Virus record (IMG/VR): IMGVR_UViG_3300046028_007120 | Location: 1 to 60,393 of that record | From: a virus | Taxonomy: Duplodnaviria; Caudoviricetes | Reading direction: 5' to 3' (one strand) | Length of the DNA stretch: 60,393 nucleotides | In this document: piece by piece, positions 29,075-39,128 of the stretch | How the letters are laid out: each line of letters starts with the position of its first letter | Numbering within the stretch: position 1 is the stretch's first letter | Notes under the pieces: model-generated | Database searches by the model: none | What the model saw: the letters and a program-made list of their open reading frames with translations, nothing else | What the model was told of the DNA's origin: nothing | Program-made: the position numbers and the translations under genes

Positions 29075-30328
29075 ATGAAAAAAAAGAATTGTAGAATATC
29101 AAATAGTGAATTAGAAGAACTTTTTTCTTTAGGGGATTTATGCGTTTCCGATTTCTTAAAGAATGAAGATGAAGAGCCTGAAAAATTTGAGTTAAAGTTA
29201 ATGCTTTCAAAAGAGTCGGGACTAGTACAATTAGAGTCAGGGGTAGACTCTGATAAAATGTATGGAAGATATTGGTATAGATCCGGGACTAATAATACAA
29301 TGAGGAAGCAACTTAAAAATGTTGTTGATTCTTGTTTATACGTAAAAAGAATAAATAAACAATCTCTATGGCTTGATATAGCATGTAATGATGGGACTTT
29401 GCTTAGCTATGTACCAGAAGAAGTTTATAAACTAGGTATAGATCCAGTAGAAGATTCATATGTAAAAGAAAGTTCGAAGTATGCGAATCAAATCATACAA
29501 GATTATTTTACTAAAGAGTCTTATCAAAAAAGTATTTTTAAAAATAGAAAATGTGATATAGTTACTTGTATCGCTATGTTTTATGATTTGGAAGATCCCA
29601 AATCTTTCTTAAATGATGTTTATGAAATTTTAGATGACAATGGTCTTTTTGTAATCCAAATGAGTTATACTCCATTGATGATTAATCAATTGGCTTTCGA
29701 CAATATTTGTCACGAGCATTTAATGTATTACAATTTGCATTCTATAAAATATTTAGTTGAAAGTTGTGAATTCAAAATTGTTGATTGCGAGCTTAATGAT
29801 GTAAACGGAGGTTCTTTCAGAGTTTATTTACAGAAAAATATTTCTAATAAAAATTCTTTTGCAACAGCTCCTTATAGGGATGTCGCAAAGTTTAGAGTTG
29901 ATTCTATATTAAACTATGAGAAAACTCTTAATATGAATGATCCTTCATATTATATAAATTTTTATGAAAAGATAAAATCTTTAAAAGATAAAACTTATAA
30001 TTTTGTAAAATCTGAAAAAGAAAAAGGTAAAAGCACATGGGTTTACGGAGCTTCTACTAAAGGCAATACTTTGTTACAGTATTTTGGATTAGATAATACT
30101 CTAATAGATGGCGCAGCAGAAAGAAGTCCTTATAAATTCGGATTGAAAACAGTCGGTACAAATATTCCAATTTTCTCAGAAGAAGATATGAGAAAAGCTA
30201 AACCTGATTATCTTTTAGTTTTGCCTTGGCATTTTATTAACGAATTTGTTGACAGAGAATCTGATTTTTTAAAATCTGGAGGAAAATTTATAGTTCCTTG
30301 CCCGAATTTTGAAATTATATCTATTTAA
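29075..30328 (+). CDS. NDP-hexose C-methyltransferase
   Basis: YWYRSG, DIACNDGTLL, HEH, NGGS, YGASTKGNTLL, LPWHF, IVPCP. Confidence 0.9.
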   Translation: MKKKNCRISNSELEELFSLGDLCVSDFLKNEDEEPEKFELKLMLSKESGLVQLESGVDSDKMYGRYWYRSGTNNTMRKQLKNVVDSCLYVKRINKQSLWLDIACNDGTLLSYVPEEVYKLGIDPVEDSYVKESSKYANQIIQDYFTKESYQKSIFKNRKCDIVTCIAMFYDLEDPKSFLNDVYEILDDNGLFVIQMSYTPLMINQLAFDNICHEHLMYYNLHSIKYLVESCEFKIVDCELNDVNGGSFRVYLQKNISNKNSFATAPYRDVAKFRVDSILNYEKTLNMNDPSYYINFYEKIKSLKDKTYNFVKSEKEKGKSTWVYGASTKGNTLLQYFGLDNTLIDGAAERSPYKFGLKTVGTNIPIFSEEDMRKAKPDYLLVLPWHFINEFVDRESDFLKSGGKFIVPCPNFEIISI

Positions 30329-30364
30329 TTAGTTATAAATTCTTCTGTTTACTTATAGACTTTA

Positions 30365-30383
30365 TAACGAACTATATTATAAT
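30365..30383 (+). promoter_or_regulatory. TAACGAAC-N5-TATAAT promoter motif (DUF366-like gene)
   Basis: ATG 6 nt downstream. Confidence 0.68.
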
Positions 30384-30389
30384 AATAGT

Positions 30390-30971
30390 ATGATCGTAGA
30401 TATTCCCGTGTACTCAGGTTCATTAATTCACACTCGTTTCGCTTATCAATACTTTAAGAAAGATATCAATCCTATCGGTAGTATTATTGCTTTTAGAGCT
30501 CCGATGTATGTTATTGATGGTCTCATTGACCTAGAAGACTCTCTTAGTAAAGACTATATCTTTAGTGATGATGCTATTAACTTCTGCTGGGAGATTCCTA
30601 ACTTGTGCCCGCTCGGTGCTGTCGCATTCCAGCGCTGGTTCAATGTAAATATTGCATTTACCTTATCTAAGCTTACCGGTCTTAAGATTGGTGTGGATGG
30701 TGATGATCTTATGGTAGATGAAACGTTTACTGGATCAGATCGAGTAGAACGTGATCAAGGTAAAGCTAGTGTATCTATAACCTACTCTAAGAATAATGTA
30801 GCTATCGGACATACCGGTATTAATATTAAGGCAGGTAACAAGGCTCCTGGATTCGCTTTCTCTACTAATCTTACTGACGGTGAAGCAAAGATCCTTATGG
30901 AGACTGTATGTAATATCTTTAATAATGAAATTAAAGATATTTGTATCGCTGCTAGTAAAGTAATTGTATGA
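30390..30971 (+). CDS. DUF366-like protein (lipoate-ligase-like fold)
   Basis: LIDLED, AVAFQR, GDDL, KASVSI, HTGINI. Confidence 0.7.
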   Translation: MIVDIPVYSGSLIHTRFAYQYFKKDINPIGSIIAFRAPMYVIDGLIDLEDSLSKDYIFSDDAINFCWEIPNLCPLGAVAFQRWFNVNIAFTLSKLTGLKIGVDGDDLMVDETFTGSDRVERDQGKASVSITYSKNNVAIGHTGINIKAGNKAPGFAFSTNLTDGEAKILMETVCNIFNNEIKDICIAASKVIV

Positions 30972-31351
30972 ATATATTCGACCTATTTAAAGAGTTATTC
31001 TTTAAGATAAAGACGGTCGACTGTCGTAATAGTGAAGGCATGCAATTGTTCATACCTTTTATGATTAATCGATGGTTATCCTTTTATAGTAAAGCGCAGA
31101 CACTATTTGTTAACGAGACTCTTAACAAGTACTCAAATGTACTAGATGATAAAATGCAGATATATAGTATGTACTATAACTTAATTCCGAAAATGCATTT
31201 TAAAAAGATACCGTATGTAAAGAAAGTTAAAGATAGTCCAGAAAAAGAAATAGAGCATCTGTCACTAATTGCATCAAACTTAAACATCTCGATAAGAGAG
31301 ATTAAACAAAACATAGAAATATATAATAACCTTAAAGCACGAACATTATGA
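30968..31351 (+). CDS. gp62: Clamp-loader small subunit (T4 gp62-like)
   Basis: PFMINRWLSF motif, size, and C-terminal ISIRE. Confidence 0.65.
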   Translation: MNIFDLFKELFFKIKTVDCRNSEGMQLFIPFMINRWLSFYSKAQTLFVNETLNKYSNVLDDKMQIYSMYYNLIPKMHFKKIPYVKKVKDSPEKEIEHLSLIASNLNISIREIKQNIEIYNNLKARTL

Positions 31352-31393
31352 AACATAGCATGGCCTTCTTAAACTATTATGTAAATAAGCATT

Positions 31394-31810
31394 ATGCCTC
31401 TAGACATTGACCTACTACCTACTACTCGCAGTCTTATTGACTTATCATCTCATTCTGCAGGAGATTTCGGCCTCGATGACTACGAGCTAACTTTTATCTT
31501 AGACGATATTATGCTCGTCGAATATGTAGATATTTCTTCCGACGGTGATAGCATTACTCGTAACGGCCTCTTTGTACCAACAAACGCTCTTACAAAAGCC
31601 TGGAGAAAGGCTCGGGTTATTCTCACCGGACCTAACGTCAAGCACGCTAAAAAAGGTGATATTGTAGTCTTTCCAAATAATCTAGGTGTCACTGTTTCAA
31701 ATATGGACATCGAAGGTCATGGTAAAATTAAGAAAGGCATATTTTTAAACGAAAGTAGAATTTTTGGTATCTGTAAAGAAAAAAATGAAAGTACAAAGAC
31801 AATCTCTTGA
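31394..31810 (+). CDS. GroES-like co-chaperonin
   Basis: GLFVP mobile loop, ARVILTGP, KKGDIV, FLNESRIFGI. Confidence 0.78.
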   Translation: MPLDIDLLPTTRSLIDLSSHSAGDFGLDDYELTFILDDIMLVEYVDISSDGDSITRNGLFVPTNALTKAWRKARVILTGPNVKHAKKGDIVVFPNNLGVTVSNMDIEGHGKIKKGIFLNESRIFGICKEKNESTKTIS

Positions 31811-32162
31811 TAATATTTTATTATCGAACGTATGTGAACTCAGGTTTCTACGTAAAATTCCTGTAGCCGGTAAAGCACTTACACGTAGAATGTGGTGCAC
31901 AAAGAGCTACGATTTACTTACCTCAACAAACGGTAAAGTATCGTTAAACTATAGAGCTCCAACTAAACCTAAAAAAGTTAATGAATCATCGGATAACATC
32001 CTAGTAGTGTGGGATGTGTTTATGCAGGATTACCGAGCTATTAGTATGCTAGAGTGTGAGCTAATTCAGCAGATTCCAGCTGACGAAACATTCTGGCAAT
32101 TCTTTAACGACAATCTATATAATATGACTGCAGATCAAAAAGCAGCGTTTATGAATTCATGA
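31784..32162 (+). CDS. WYL-like/SH3-fold phage protein
   Basis: F.R....G..R.MxCT and VWD.....R pattern. Start adjusted. Confidence 0.5.
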
Positions 32163-32497
32163 AATTAGATCAATATAGCGAATGTTTTAAATATCTCCTT
32201 CTAAGAGAAGTTACCATTAAAATTAATAATAAAGTTATTAGAACTGGTAAAATTAAAAACTTCGCTATAAAGCAGTTTTACATAAAGCTGTTTATTGAAA
32301 ATAATAAAGGTCATATTAGACTACTTGAGCTGCCTTATCCATTTAGTATATCTCAAGTAGATAAGATGACATCACTCGATTACAACATGGATACATTCTG
32401 TGGAAGTAATAAGGATCTTAAGTGTAAGTTAAAATTTCTGAGTAAGAAAAATGTTAGTAAGTTCTACGATACAGTGGTAGATATAACTGTATTGTAA
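32159..32497 (+). CDS. Hypothetical protein
   Basis: 112-aa ORF translationally coupled to the upstream gene. Confidence 0.6.
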   Translation: MKLDQYSECFKYLLLREVTIKINNKVIRTGKIKNFAIKQFYIKLFIENNKGHIRLLELPYPFSISQVDKMTSLDYNMDTFCGSNKDLKCKLKFLSKKNVSKFYDTVVDITVL

Positions 32498-32513
32498 CGA
32501 ACTAGATTATAAT
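32495..32513 (+). promoter_or_regulatory. TAACGAAC-N5-TATAAT promoter motif (DinG-like helicase)
   Basis: ATG 7 nt downstream. No recognisable -35. Confidence 0.68.
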
Positions 32514-32520
32514 AATTATT

Positions 32521-34170
32521 ATGTCACAAAGCTTATTACAGAGCTTCCCAGCTCCGTATACTCCTAATTCTGCGCAGGTTAAGTTACTAAATAAAATAGA
32601 AGAGGCATTTAACGATGGTTATAAATTTGTAGTATGCTGTGCTCCGACTGGTTCGGGTAAGTCATTTATCTCTAAGACTATTAGTAATAGTTCTAGAGAG
32701 CCGTCTAAAGAATTTGTAAATCTTGTTACTAGCTACGATGCCTTTAAGCATAACTATGGAGGGAGTTATGCAAGTGCTGAAGAGTGTGAGGATCAGCCTG
32801 CATTCGGTGCATTTGCCTTAACCATTACTAAGACTCTACAAGATCAATACAAGAGTATGTTTGAGGATACTTCAGTATTGAAAGGTAAGTCTAACTATCA
32901 ATGTGCAATTGATGATAGCTATAATGTAGATATGGCTCCTTGTACCTTACTAAAGTCTATTAAAGAAGACTGCTGGTCAAAGAATAAGTGTCCTTACTAT
33001 AACGCTAGAAACCAAGCACTAATCTCTAGCTTTGCAACGTTGAACTATAATATGTTCTTCTCGCTACCTAATCATGTTAAAAAGCGTGAGTATCTTGTAT
33101 GTGATGAGGCATCTGAGTTGGAGGATCAGTTAGTAAAGCAGTTCTCGTGTACTGTTAACTTCGATACTCTCAAGAAGAGCGAAATTAATATCTCACCGTT
33201 TGATAGCTCTAACTATAGCAAAGCATTGAAGTGGGTGAGTCTAATGTCAGTAAGAATTAGCGAACGTATTGAAGAAGTAAAGGATATTATAACTAAAGGG
33301 TCAAAAGGTACAAAAACTCTTAGTAAGAACTTTATTGATGCTCGTAAGGCTGAGATGCTCGTGTTGAGAGCTTTGCAAACTAAGCTTGTTATTCTAGAAG
33401 AGACCTGGAACGATTGCGAGTATATTTTTGAGACTGACTTTAAGTCAGTAACCTTTGTACCTCTCAAGGTAAATAAACTATCAAGGTTTTTGTTTAACTT
33501 TGGTGAAAAGATAGTTCTTATGTCTGCTACTATTATCGATCATAAGAATTACTGTAAATCCTTAGGTATTGATCATTATAAGTACGTTGAAGTAGAGTCT
33601 TCTTTCGATCCTAGTAATGCACCTATCTATGTCCAGACTAAGGTTAAGTTAAGCTATAGTAATCTTAATCAGAATCTGCCTAAGATTAAGAAGCAGATAA
33701 TGGATATATGTAACTTTCATAAAAATGAAAAAGGCTTAATACATACTCACACGAACACCATTACTAACTACTTAAATAAAAATATCAATGAAAAAAGATT
33801 CTTATTCAGAGAACCTGGAGTTAACAATGAAGATATCCTACAACATCATTATGAATCGTCAGATCCAACCGTTTTGGTATCGCCTTCAATGGGCTATGGG
33901 GTTGATCTCAAAGATGATCTAGCTCGATTTCAGATTATCATTAAGGCTCCATATCTGCCTATGAATGATAATCGTATCAAGAAGATAATGAAAATTGATC
34001 CTGATTGGTATGTAAATAAAATGTTAAGCTCTTTGATTCAGTCGTGTGGTAGAGCTGTAAGGTCTAAGAAGGATCATTGCATTACCTATATCTTAGATGG
34101 CGCTATTATCGAGAGTGTTATAAATAACAAGAATAAACTACCCAAGTACTTTTTAGATAGATTTGTTTGA
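32521..34170 (+). CDS. DinG/Rad3(XPD)-family helicase
   Basis: APTGSGKS, LQDQY, KGKSNYQC plus a Cys cluster, DEAS, MSAT, GVD, KAPY, QSCGRAVR. Confidence 0.9.
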   Translation: MSQSLLQSFPAPYTPNSAQVKLLNKIEEAFNDGYKFVVCCAPTGSGKSFISKTISNSSREPSKEFVNLVTSYDAFKHNYGGSYASAEECEDQPAFGAFALTITKTLQDQYKSMFEDTSVLKGKSNYQCAIDDSYNVDMAPCTLLKSIKEDCWSKNKCPYYNARNQALISSFATLNYNMFFSLPNHVKKREYLVCDEASELEDQLVKQFSCTVNFDTLKKSEINISPFDSSNYSKALKWVSLMSVRISERIEEVKDIITKGSKGTKTLSKNFIDARKAEMLVLRALQTKLVILEETWNDCEYIFETDFKSVTFVPLKVNKLSRFLFNFGEKIVLMSATIIDHKNYCKSLGIDHYKYVEVESSFDPSNAPIYVQTKVKLSYSNLNQNLPKIKKQIMDICNFHKNEKGLIHTHTNTITNYLNKNINEKRFLFREPGVNNEDILQHHYESSDPTVLVSPSMGYGVDLKDDLARFQIIIKAPYLPMNDNRIKKIMKIDPDWYVNKMLSSLIQSCGRAVRSKKDHCITYILDGAIIESVINNKNKLPKYFLDRFV

Positions 34171-34194
34171 TTAAGTATTCTACACAGGTAGAAT

Positions 34195-35637
34195 ATGAAA
34201 GACTATACATATTTCTTTGAAATAAAGAACTTATTAACCCAATTTGTAGCTGCGTTTGACGAGACTACTATTAAACGGTATAATAAGGATAGGGAGCCTG
34301 GAGAGGTAATAGAGGTTAGATATGTACTCGCACCTAAGCAGCGAGTAATGTACGATATAGTTAATAAAGCGCAGAACTTAACTTTACCCGTTGTAGCAGT
34401 TAATGTTACAAGCATATCTCGAGATAATGAGAGAGTCTTTAATAAGCTTAATAACATACATAATTTTGTTAATGAGAAAGATAGTAGAACGGTGAGAATG
34501 CCCGTTCCTATTAATATTAGTGTTAGTATGTCCATACTAACAAGGTATATGGACGATATGGATCAAATTCTTTCGAATTTTATACCTTTTAATAATCCAT
34601 ATATTATTCTTTCATGGAAAGAACCAACAGGAGCAGGTAACGATGTATTTGAGATTAGGTCTGAAGTCCTATGGGACGGTAATATTTCACTGTCCTCACC
34701 TACAGATACAACTTATACAGATAAATTTAGAGTAGTAGCAGATACTTCATTTACTATTAAAGGATGGTTGTTTAAAGATAAAAATGAAATAGCGACACCT
34801 ATATATTTTATAGATACAAATTTTAGTATACCAGGCAACAACACTAGCTTGGAAATATATAGCGATACAGATTTAGATTCGCTCTCTGCAACCGACATAG
34901 AGACTGTATCATTATCAGCCTATCCGACTATTACCAATTTATGGCATAACTACCAATCTAACCTACAGCCTGTATATACTAATCTTTCACTTAATGGTGC
35001 ATTAACAGGTAGTAATAATTTTGTAATATACGGTTATAATTTCGACTATACAACAGCTATTGCTCTAAGTTCTAATAATAAAACGCTATATAATAGCTTA
35101 ACATCATTTAGCACTGCGAGAATGGGAACAGTATCAGGCTTTAAACTTAGCAGTTACGAGATATTAAGTCAAAACATTTTAAGTGTAACTTTGCCGTATA
35201 CCATCAACACAGGCCTAGTTGATGTTATGATAATAAATCCTGCAGGTTATGCTTCTACATCATCTATTAGTGGAGTAGACTTAAGATTAAACTTTAGTAC
35301 CGCGGTATCAGGTTATCGTATGTCTGCTTTTAATATATCCTATACAGAGACAGTATCACAAGTTTTAAAATGGCAGATACAGGTTGAAATTACCAATCCG
35401 TCAACAGCTGAGCTTATAACGATTCCATATACTAGCTCAGAGATTACTACACCAGGATTAGTATCTGTATCTATTCCAGAATATACTAACACGGTAGCAT
35501 ACCAATATCAAACTTTCTGGAGAGAGTATAACACAGCATTTGGAGGATGGACTTCCTGGTTGCCTCTTACAAATAAAGGATCCGCCTATAATTACACAAC
35601 CGGTTTAATGCAATACTATATAATACCAGGTGATTAG
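34195..35637 (+). CDS. gp15: Tail terminator / sheath stabiliser (T4 gp15-like) with long C-terminal extension
   Basis: LTQFVAAF, APKQR, TLP, RD.ER, PVP, DMDQI...F.P, FTIKGWLF. Confidence 0.8.
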   Translation: MKDYTYFFEIKNLLTQFVAAFDETTIKRYNKDREPGEVIEVRYVLAPKQRVMYDIVNKAQNLTLPVVAVNVTSISRDNERVFNKLNNIHNFVNEKDSRTVRMPVPINISVSMSILTRYMDDMDQILSNFIPFNNPYIILSWKEPTGAGNDVFEIRSEVLWDGNISLSSPTDTTYTDKFRVVADTSFTIKGWLFKDKNEIATPIYFIDTNFSIPGNNTSLEIYSDTDLDSLSATDIETVSLSAYPTITNLWHNYQSNLQPVYTNLSLNGALTGSNNFVIYGYNFDYTTAIALSSNNKTLYNSLTSFSTARMGTVSGFKLSSYEILSQNILSVTLPYTINTGLVDVMIINPAGYASTSSISGVDLRLNFSTAVSGYRMSAFNISYTETVSQVLKWQIQVEITNPSTAELITIPYTSSEITTPGLVSVSIPEYTNTVAYQYQTFWREYNTAFGGWTSWLPLTNKGSAYNYTTGLMQYYIIPGD

Positions 35638-35686
35638 TCAGCTCTCTATTGTCTTGATAATGCAAAAAAGGTAATAAATATAAACA

Positions 35687-37498
35687 ATGTCCGATCTCTC
35701 AACATCGCCTAATAATAACAGATCCTATGTTTCCGATGACGGAAGGTCTTCTACGTTCGGTAAGAATTTAGTTAATTATATACAGAATAAACTACCATAC
35801 GTTAACGCTCGTCAAGAGAACGATCAGCTTAATACAAAATACAAATATTTCCGTAAAGCAGGAATCAGTAAAGCAGAAGCTCTTGCAAGGAACTCTATCT
35901 CATCATCTAACGAATTTAATAACCTACCAATAGGTGACATTGGTAAGGATACTTCATTCGGAGATGTAATGTATGCTAACATACAGCAGGATAAAGGTGG
36001 TAGACTTAGAGATTATAGAATAATGGCTGCCTACTCTGAAGTTGCAGATGCATTAGATGAGTTGTGTGATGAAACTATTAATGAAGATGAAAATAAAAAT
36101 ATCATTAATATAAGTTTTAAGAATATCGATCTCTCTTTAAGAGATCGTGAAACTGTTGAGACTGAATTTCAAAAATTTATTGAGTTTTTTGATTTTAAAA
36201 ACAGAGGGTGGCAATACTTTAGACAATTACTCATCGAAGGAGAGGTATTCTTTGAATTAATTATACACGAAGATTATACTAATGAAGGTGTTCTCGGAGT
36301 AATTAACCTACCGTCAGAATTAATTGATCCTGTATACAATAACATACAGAATATGATTGTAAAGGGTTTTATATATCGTAAACCTATATACAATCCTAAT
36401 AATCCTAATAAACTCGAAAAAATGGAGTTTATACCAATGGAAGAGAATCAGATCGTATACATTGAATCTGGTGTATACAACGAATCAAAAACCTTTGTTA
36501 TACCGTTTCTAGAAAATGCGCGTAGACCTTATCGTCAATTAAGCTTAATTGAAGATTCTATTGTCATCTATCGATTAGTTAGAGCACCAGAACGACTTGT
36601 CTTTAACGTTGATGTAGGTAATATGGCTCCTCCTAAAGCTGAGTCATATCTTAAAAAGCTTATACAGCAGTACTGGTCACGTAAGACGTTTGACTTAGAT
36701 CAAAACGATGTGGTTAAGAAGTTTAATCCTCAATCAATGCTTGATGCTTTCTGGTTTGCTAAGAGACAGGGATCAGAAGGTACCAGTGTGCAGCAGTTAG
36801 CGGGAGCCGGTAATCTAGGTGAATTACAGGACTTAATGTATTTTATTAAGAAATTGTATAGATCACTTAAAGTACCATCGTCACGAATTGATCCAGAAGA
36901 CGCAGTAATAGATGGTGCACAAATATTAAGAGAAGAACTAAAGTTTGCTAAAGTAGTTATACGGATGCAACAGCATTTTGCAGCAGGTCTTAAGAAAGGG
37001 TTTATCACTCATCTCAAACTAAAAGGTCTTTGGGATAAGTTTGATTTAACCACTAATAATATAGAATTAGCTTTTAACGTACCTACTAACTTCTATGAGA
37101 TGAGAGAAAATCAAAGATTAGAAGGTAAGGTTGGCAACTTTAATAATCTAGCTTCAAGCGAATTTATATCTAATACCTTTGCTCAGAAAAAATATCTAGG
37201 TTGGAAGGATAAGGATATATTAGCTAATAGAGAGTTCTTACGCAAGGACGCTGAATTGCAGTGGGAGATAGCTCAAATAACCAATAGCGGTCCAAACTGG
37301 ATGGAGAATGTAGTTGTAGATGGAGGAGGAGAGGCAGGAGGAGATGCAACAGGTCTCGGTGCACCGCCTTCAGGTGGTGGTGAAATACCTTCCTTTGGAG
37401 GTGGCCCAGCCACAACTGATACTGGTGGTGGAGCAGAACCGCCACCAGCTGGCGGCGGTGAAGAAGCTGGTGCACCTCCGCCACCGCCAGCAGCATAA
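35687..37498 (+). CDS. gp20: Portal protein (T4 gp20-like)
   Basis: YRIMA..EV.DA, QL.LIED..VIYR..RAPER.VF.VDVGN, SMLDAFW..R. G/P/A-rich tail. Confidence 0.96.
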   Translation: MSDLSTSPNNNRSYVSDDGRSSTFGKNLVNYIQNKLPYVNARQENDQLNTKYKYFRKAGISKAEALARNSISSSNEFNNLPIGDIGKDTSFGDVMYANIQQDKGGRLRDYRIMAAYSEVADALDELCDETINEDENKNIINISFKNIDLSLRDRETVETEFQKFIEFFDFKNRGWQYFRQLLIEGEVFFELIIHEDYTNEGVLGVINLPSELIDPVYNNIQNMIVKGFIYRKPIYNPNNPNKLEKMEFIPMEENQIVYIESGVYNESKTFVIPFLENARRPYRQLSLIEDSIVIYRLVRAPERLVFNVDVGNMAPPKAESYLKKLIQQYWSRKTFDLDQNDVVKKFNPQSMLDAFWFAKRQGSEGTSVQQLAGAGNLGELQDLMYFIKKLYRSLKVPSSRIDPEDAVIDGAQILREELKFAKVVIRMQQHFAAGLKKGFITHLKLKGLWDKFDLTTNNIELAFNVPTNFYEMRENQRLEGKVGNFNNLASSEFISNTFAQKKYLGWKDKDILANREFLRKDAELQWEIAQITNSGPNWMENVVVDGGGEAGGDATGLGAPPSGGGEIPSFGGGPATTDTGGGAEPPPAGGGEEAGAPPPPPAA

Positions 37499-37514
37499 TT
37501 GACTAAATAACAAT

Positions 37515-38660
37515 ATGCCTGCTGCTTGCGAAGTATCACCAGTTTCTGCCTTTTTATCAACCAATCTTAATAGCAAAATTGATTGCTATGAAAATCTAGG
37601 TGAACGAATAAAAAGATCATTAGGTTACCCGCTTATATCTTTAGAGATACATCAAGATCAACTATTTGAGAATATTCAAATAGGAGTAGAGATGTTTTCT
37701 AAGTTTGCTGGTTATACTCGTGAGTATCTTATATTTGATTCTAACCTGTATGAGAAGAATAAAGGTATTAGATTAGACTATCTATTCACTATAGCTAATA
37801 CTGAGAGAACACCTGCTCAGAAAGTGTCTAACAGCCCTACTTTACCAGATCCTAACTATAGTATAACAACACCTAACACAGTATATGTAGCTACCTCAGC
37901 AGTTGGTGTCACATTTTTTAGTACATCATCAGCACTATCAGCACTATATACTGAGGGGATTGATCAATTTGATATACTAGATGAAACACTATATAGTAGT
38001 CTTACTAGCTTCTCTAGCAGCTTAACTGCTGCATTTACTAAATCACCGAGAAAGACTATTACACTAGCATGCGAGCCTACAACTGCAGTTACATATAGTA
38101 ATGCTTTTGATTACGATGTAATGGATTATAGGAAAGTAGTAGATGTAGTAGATTTTGAGGAAGGTTCAACAACTGGTATCAATACCCTATTTACCTTAGA
38201 ACAAACTTTAGCTCAGCAGACCTATTTCAGCTATGCACTAGGTAATTACGGGTTCGATTTGCTATCATGGTATGCACTAAAGGAGTTTATGGATACTCGT
38301 GAGAAGTTACTAGCTACTACTAGAGACTTAAAGTTCGATCCAAGAACACAGTATCTAACAATGTACCCTCAGCCAAATAAGAATAGGTTTTACGGAGTTA
38401 TATCATGTTATGTAGAGAGACCTATTAGAGACTTAGTTAAAGAGCAGTGGGTATATCAATATGCATTAGCTCTCAGTAAAATTACTATTGGTAGAGTAAG
38501 AAGTAAGTTCGGTGGTGTATCTTTATTAGGTGGGGGATCTCTAAACTATGATCTGTTACAAGAGGGCTTAACTGAAAAGAAAGAACTTGAAGCACTACTC
38601 TATTCCGGTGCTACTCCAGGACTTTCTGATTCTGAACCTACTATGTTCTTTGTAGGCTAA
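37515..38660 (+). CDS. gp13: Neck protein (T4 gp13-like) with S/T-rich insertion
   Basis: RSLGYP.I.LE...DQ and WV.QYALAL.K...GR.R.KF..V.L.GG motifs. Confidence 0.85.
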   Translation: MPAACEVSPVSAFLSTNLNSKIDCYENLGERIKRSLGYPLISLEIHQDQLFENIQIGVEMFSKFAGYTREYLIFDSNLYEKNKGIRLDYLFTIANTERTPAQKVSNSPTLPDPNYSITTPNTVYVATSAVGVTFFSTSSALSALYTEGIDQFDILDETLYSSLTSFSSSLTAAFTKSPRKTITLACEPTTAVTYSNAFDYDVMDYRKVVDVVDFEEGSTTGINTLFTLEQTLAQQTYFSYALGNYGFDLLSWYALKEFMDTREKLLATTRDLKFDPRTQYLTMYPQPNKNRFYGVISCYVERPIRDLVKEQWVYQYALALSKITIGRVRSKFGGVSLLGGGSLNYDLLQEGLTEKKELEALLYSGATPGLSDSEPTMFFVG

Positions 38661-38662
38661 TT

Positions 38663-39103
38663 ATGAGCTCTAAATATAAGCAAGGTACTTATAGACCAAA
38701 GAATCCCGATAAATTCATAGGTTTAACTGCTACCTATAGATCGGGTCTAGAGTTAAAATTCTTTAGGTTCTGCGATTATAATCCTAACATAGTAAAATGG
38801 TCAAGTGAGTCTGTAATTGTACCTTATATATCGCCTCTTGATGGTAGAGTGCATAGATATTTTGTAGACAACTATGTAGTTATTAAAGAAGGTAACAATC
38901 TGAAAAAGTACTTAGTAGAGATTAAGCCTTATAAACAGACCATGCCACCGCAGACCAAATATAGAAAACAAGAGCATTTAATATACGAGCAGAACATGTG
39001 GGCTGTAAATCAAGCTAAATGGACTAGTGCACAGGAGTATTGCAAGAAGAAAGGACTAAACTTCTTGATAATAACCGAGAAAGAACTAATTAATAGGAAA
39101 TAG
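38663..39103 (+). CDS. gp4: Head completion nuclease (T4 gp4, TnsA-like)
   Basis: PKNPDKF, YRSGLE, WSSE, HRYFVD, EIKP, NQAKW, IITEKEL. Confidence 0.92.
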   Translation: MSSKYKQGTYRPKNPDKFIGLTATYRSGLELKFFRFCDYNPNIVKWSSESVIVPYISPLDGRVHRYFVDNYVVIKEGNNLKKYLVEIKPYKQTMPPQTKYRKQEHLIYEQNMWAVNQAKWTSAQEYCKKKGLNFLIITEKELINRK

Positions 39104-39128
39104 TTAACATGAGCATAAATAAATCTAT

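Noticed and set aside
16448-30328. Host O-antigen locus joined by misassembly
   Set aside because: It lacks wzx/wzy/wzm, uses the same promoter geometry and overlapping-gene style as the phage genes, and has phage genes on both sides. Not fully excluded without reads.
37224-37576. Four overlapping short ORFs near the portal 3' end
   Set aside because: They are by-products of the GC-rich Gly/Pro/Ala tail of gp20, which lacks stops in other frames.
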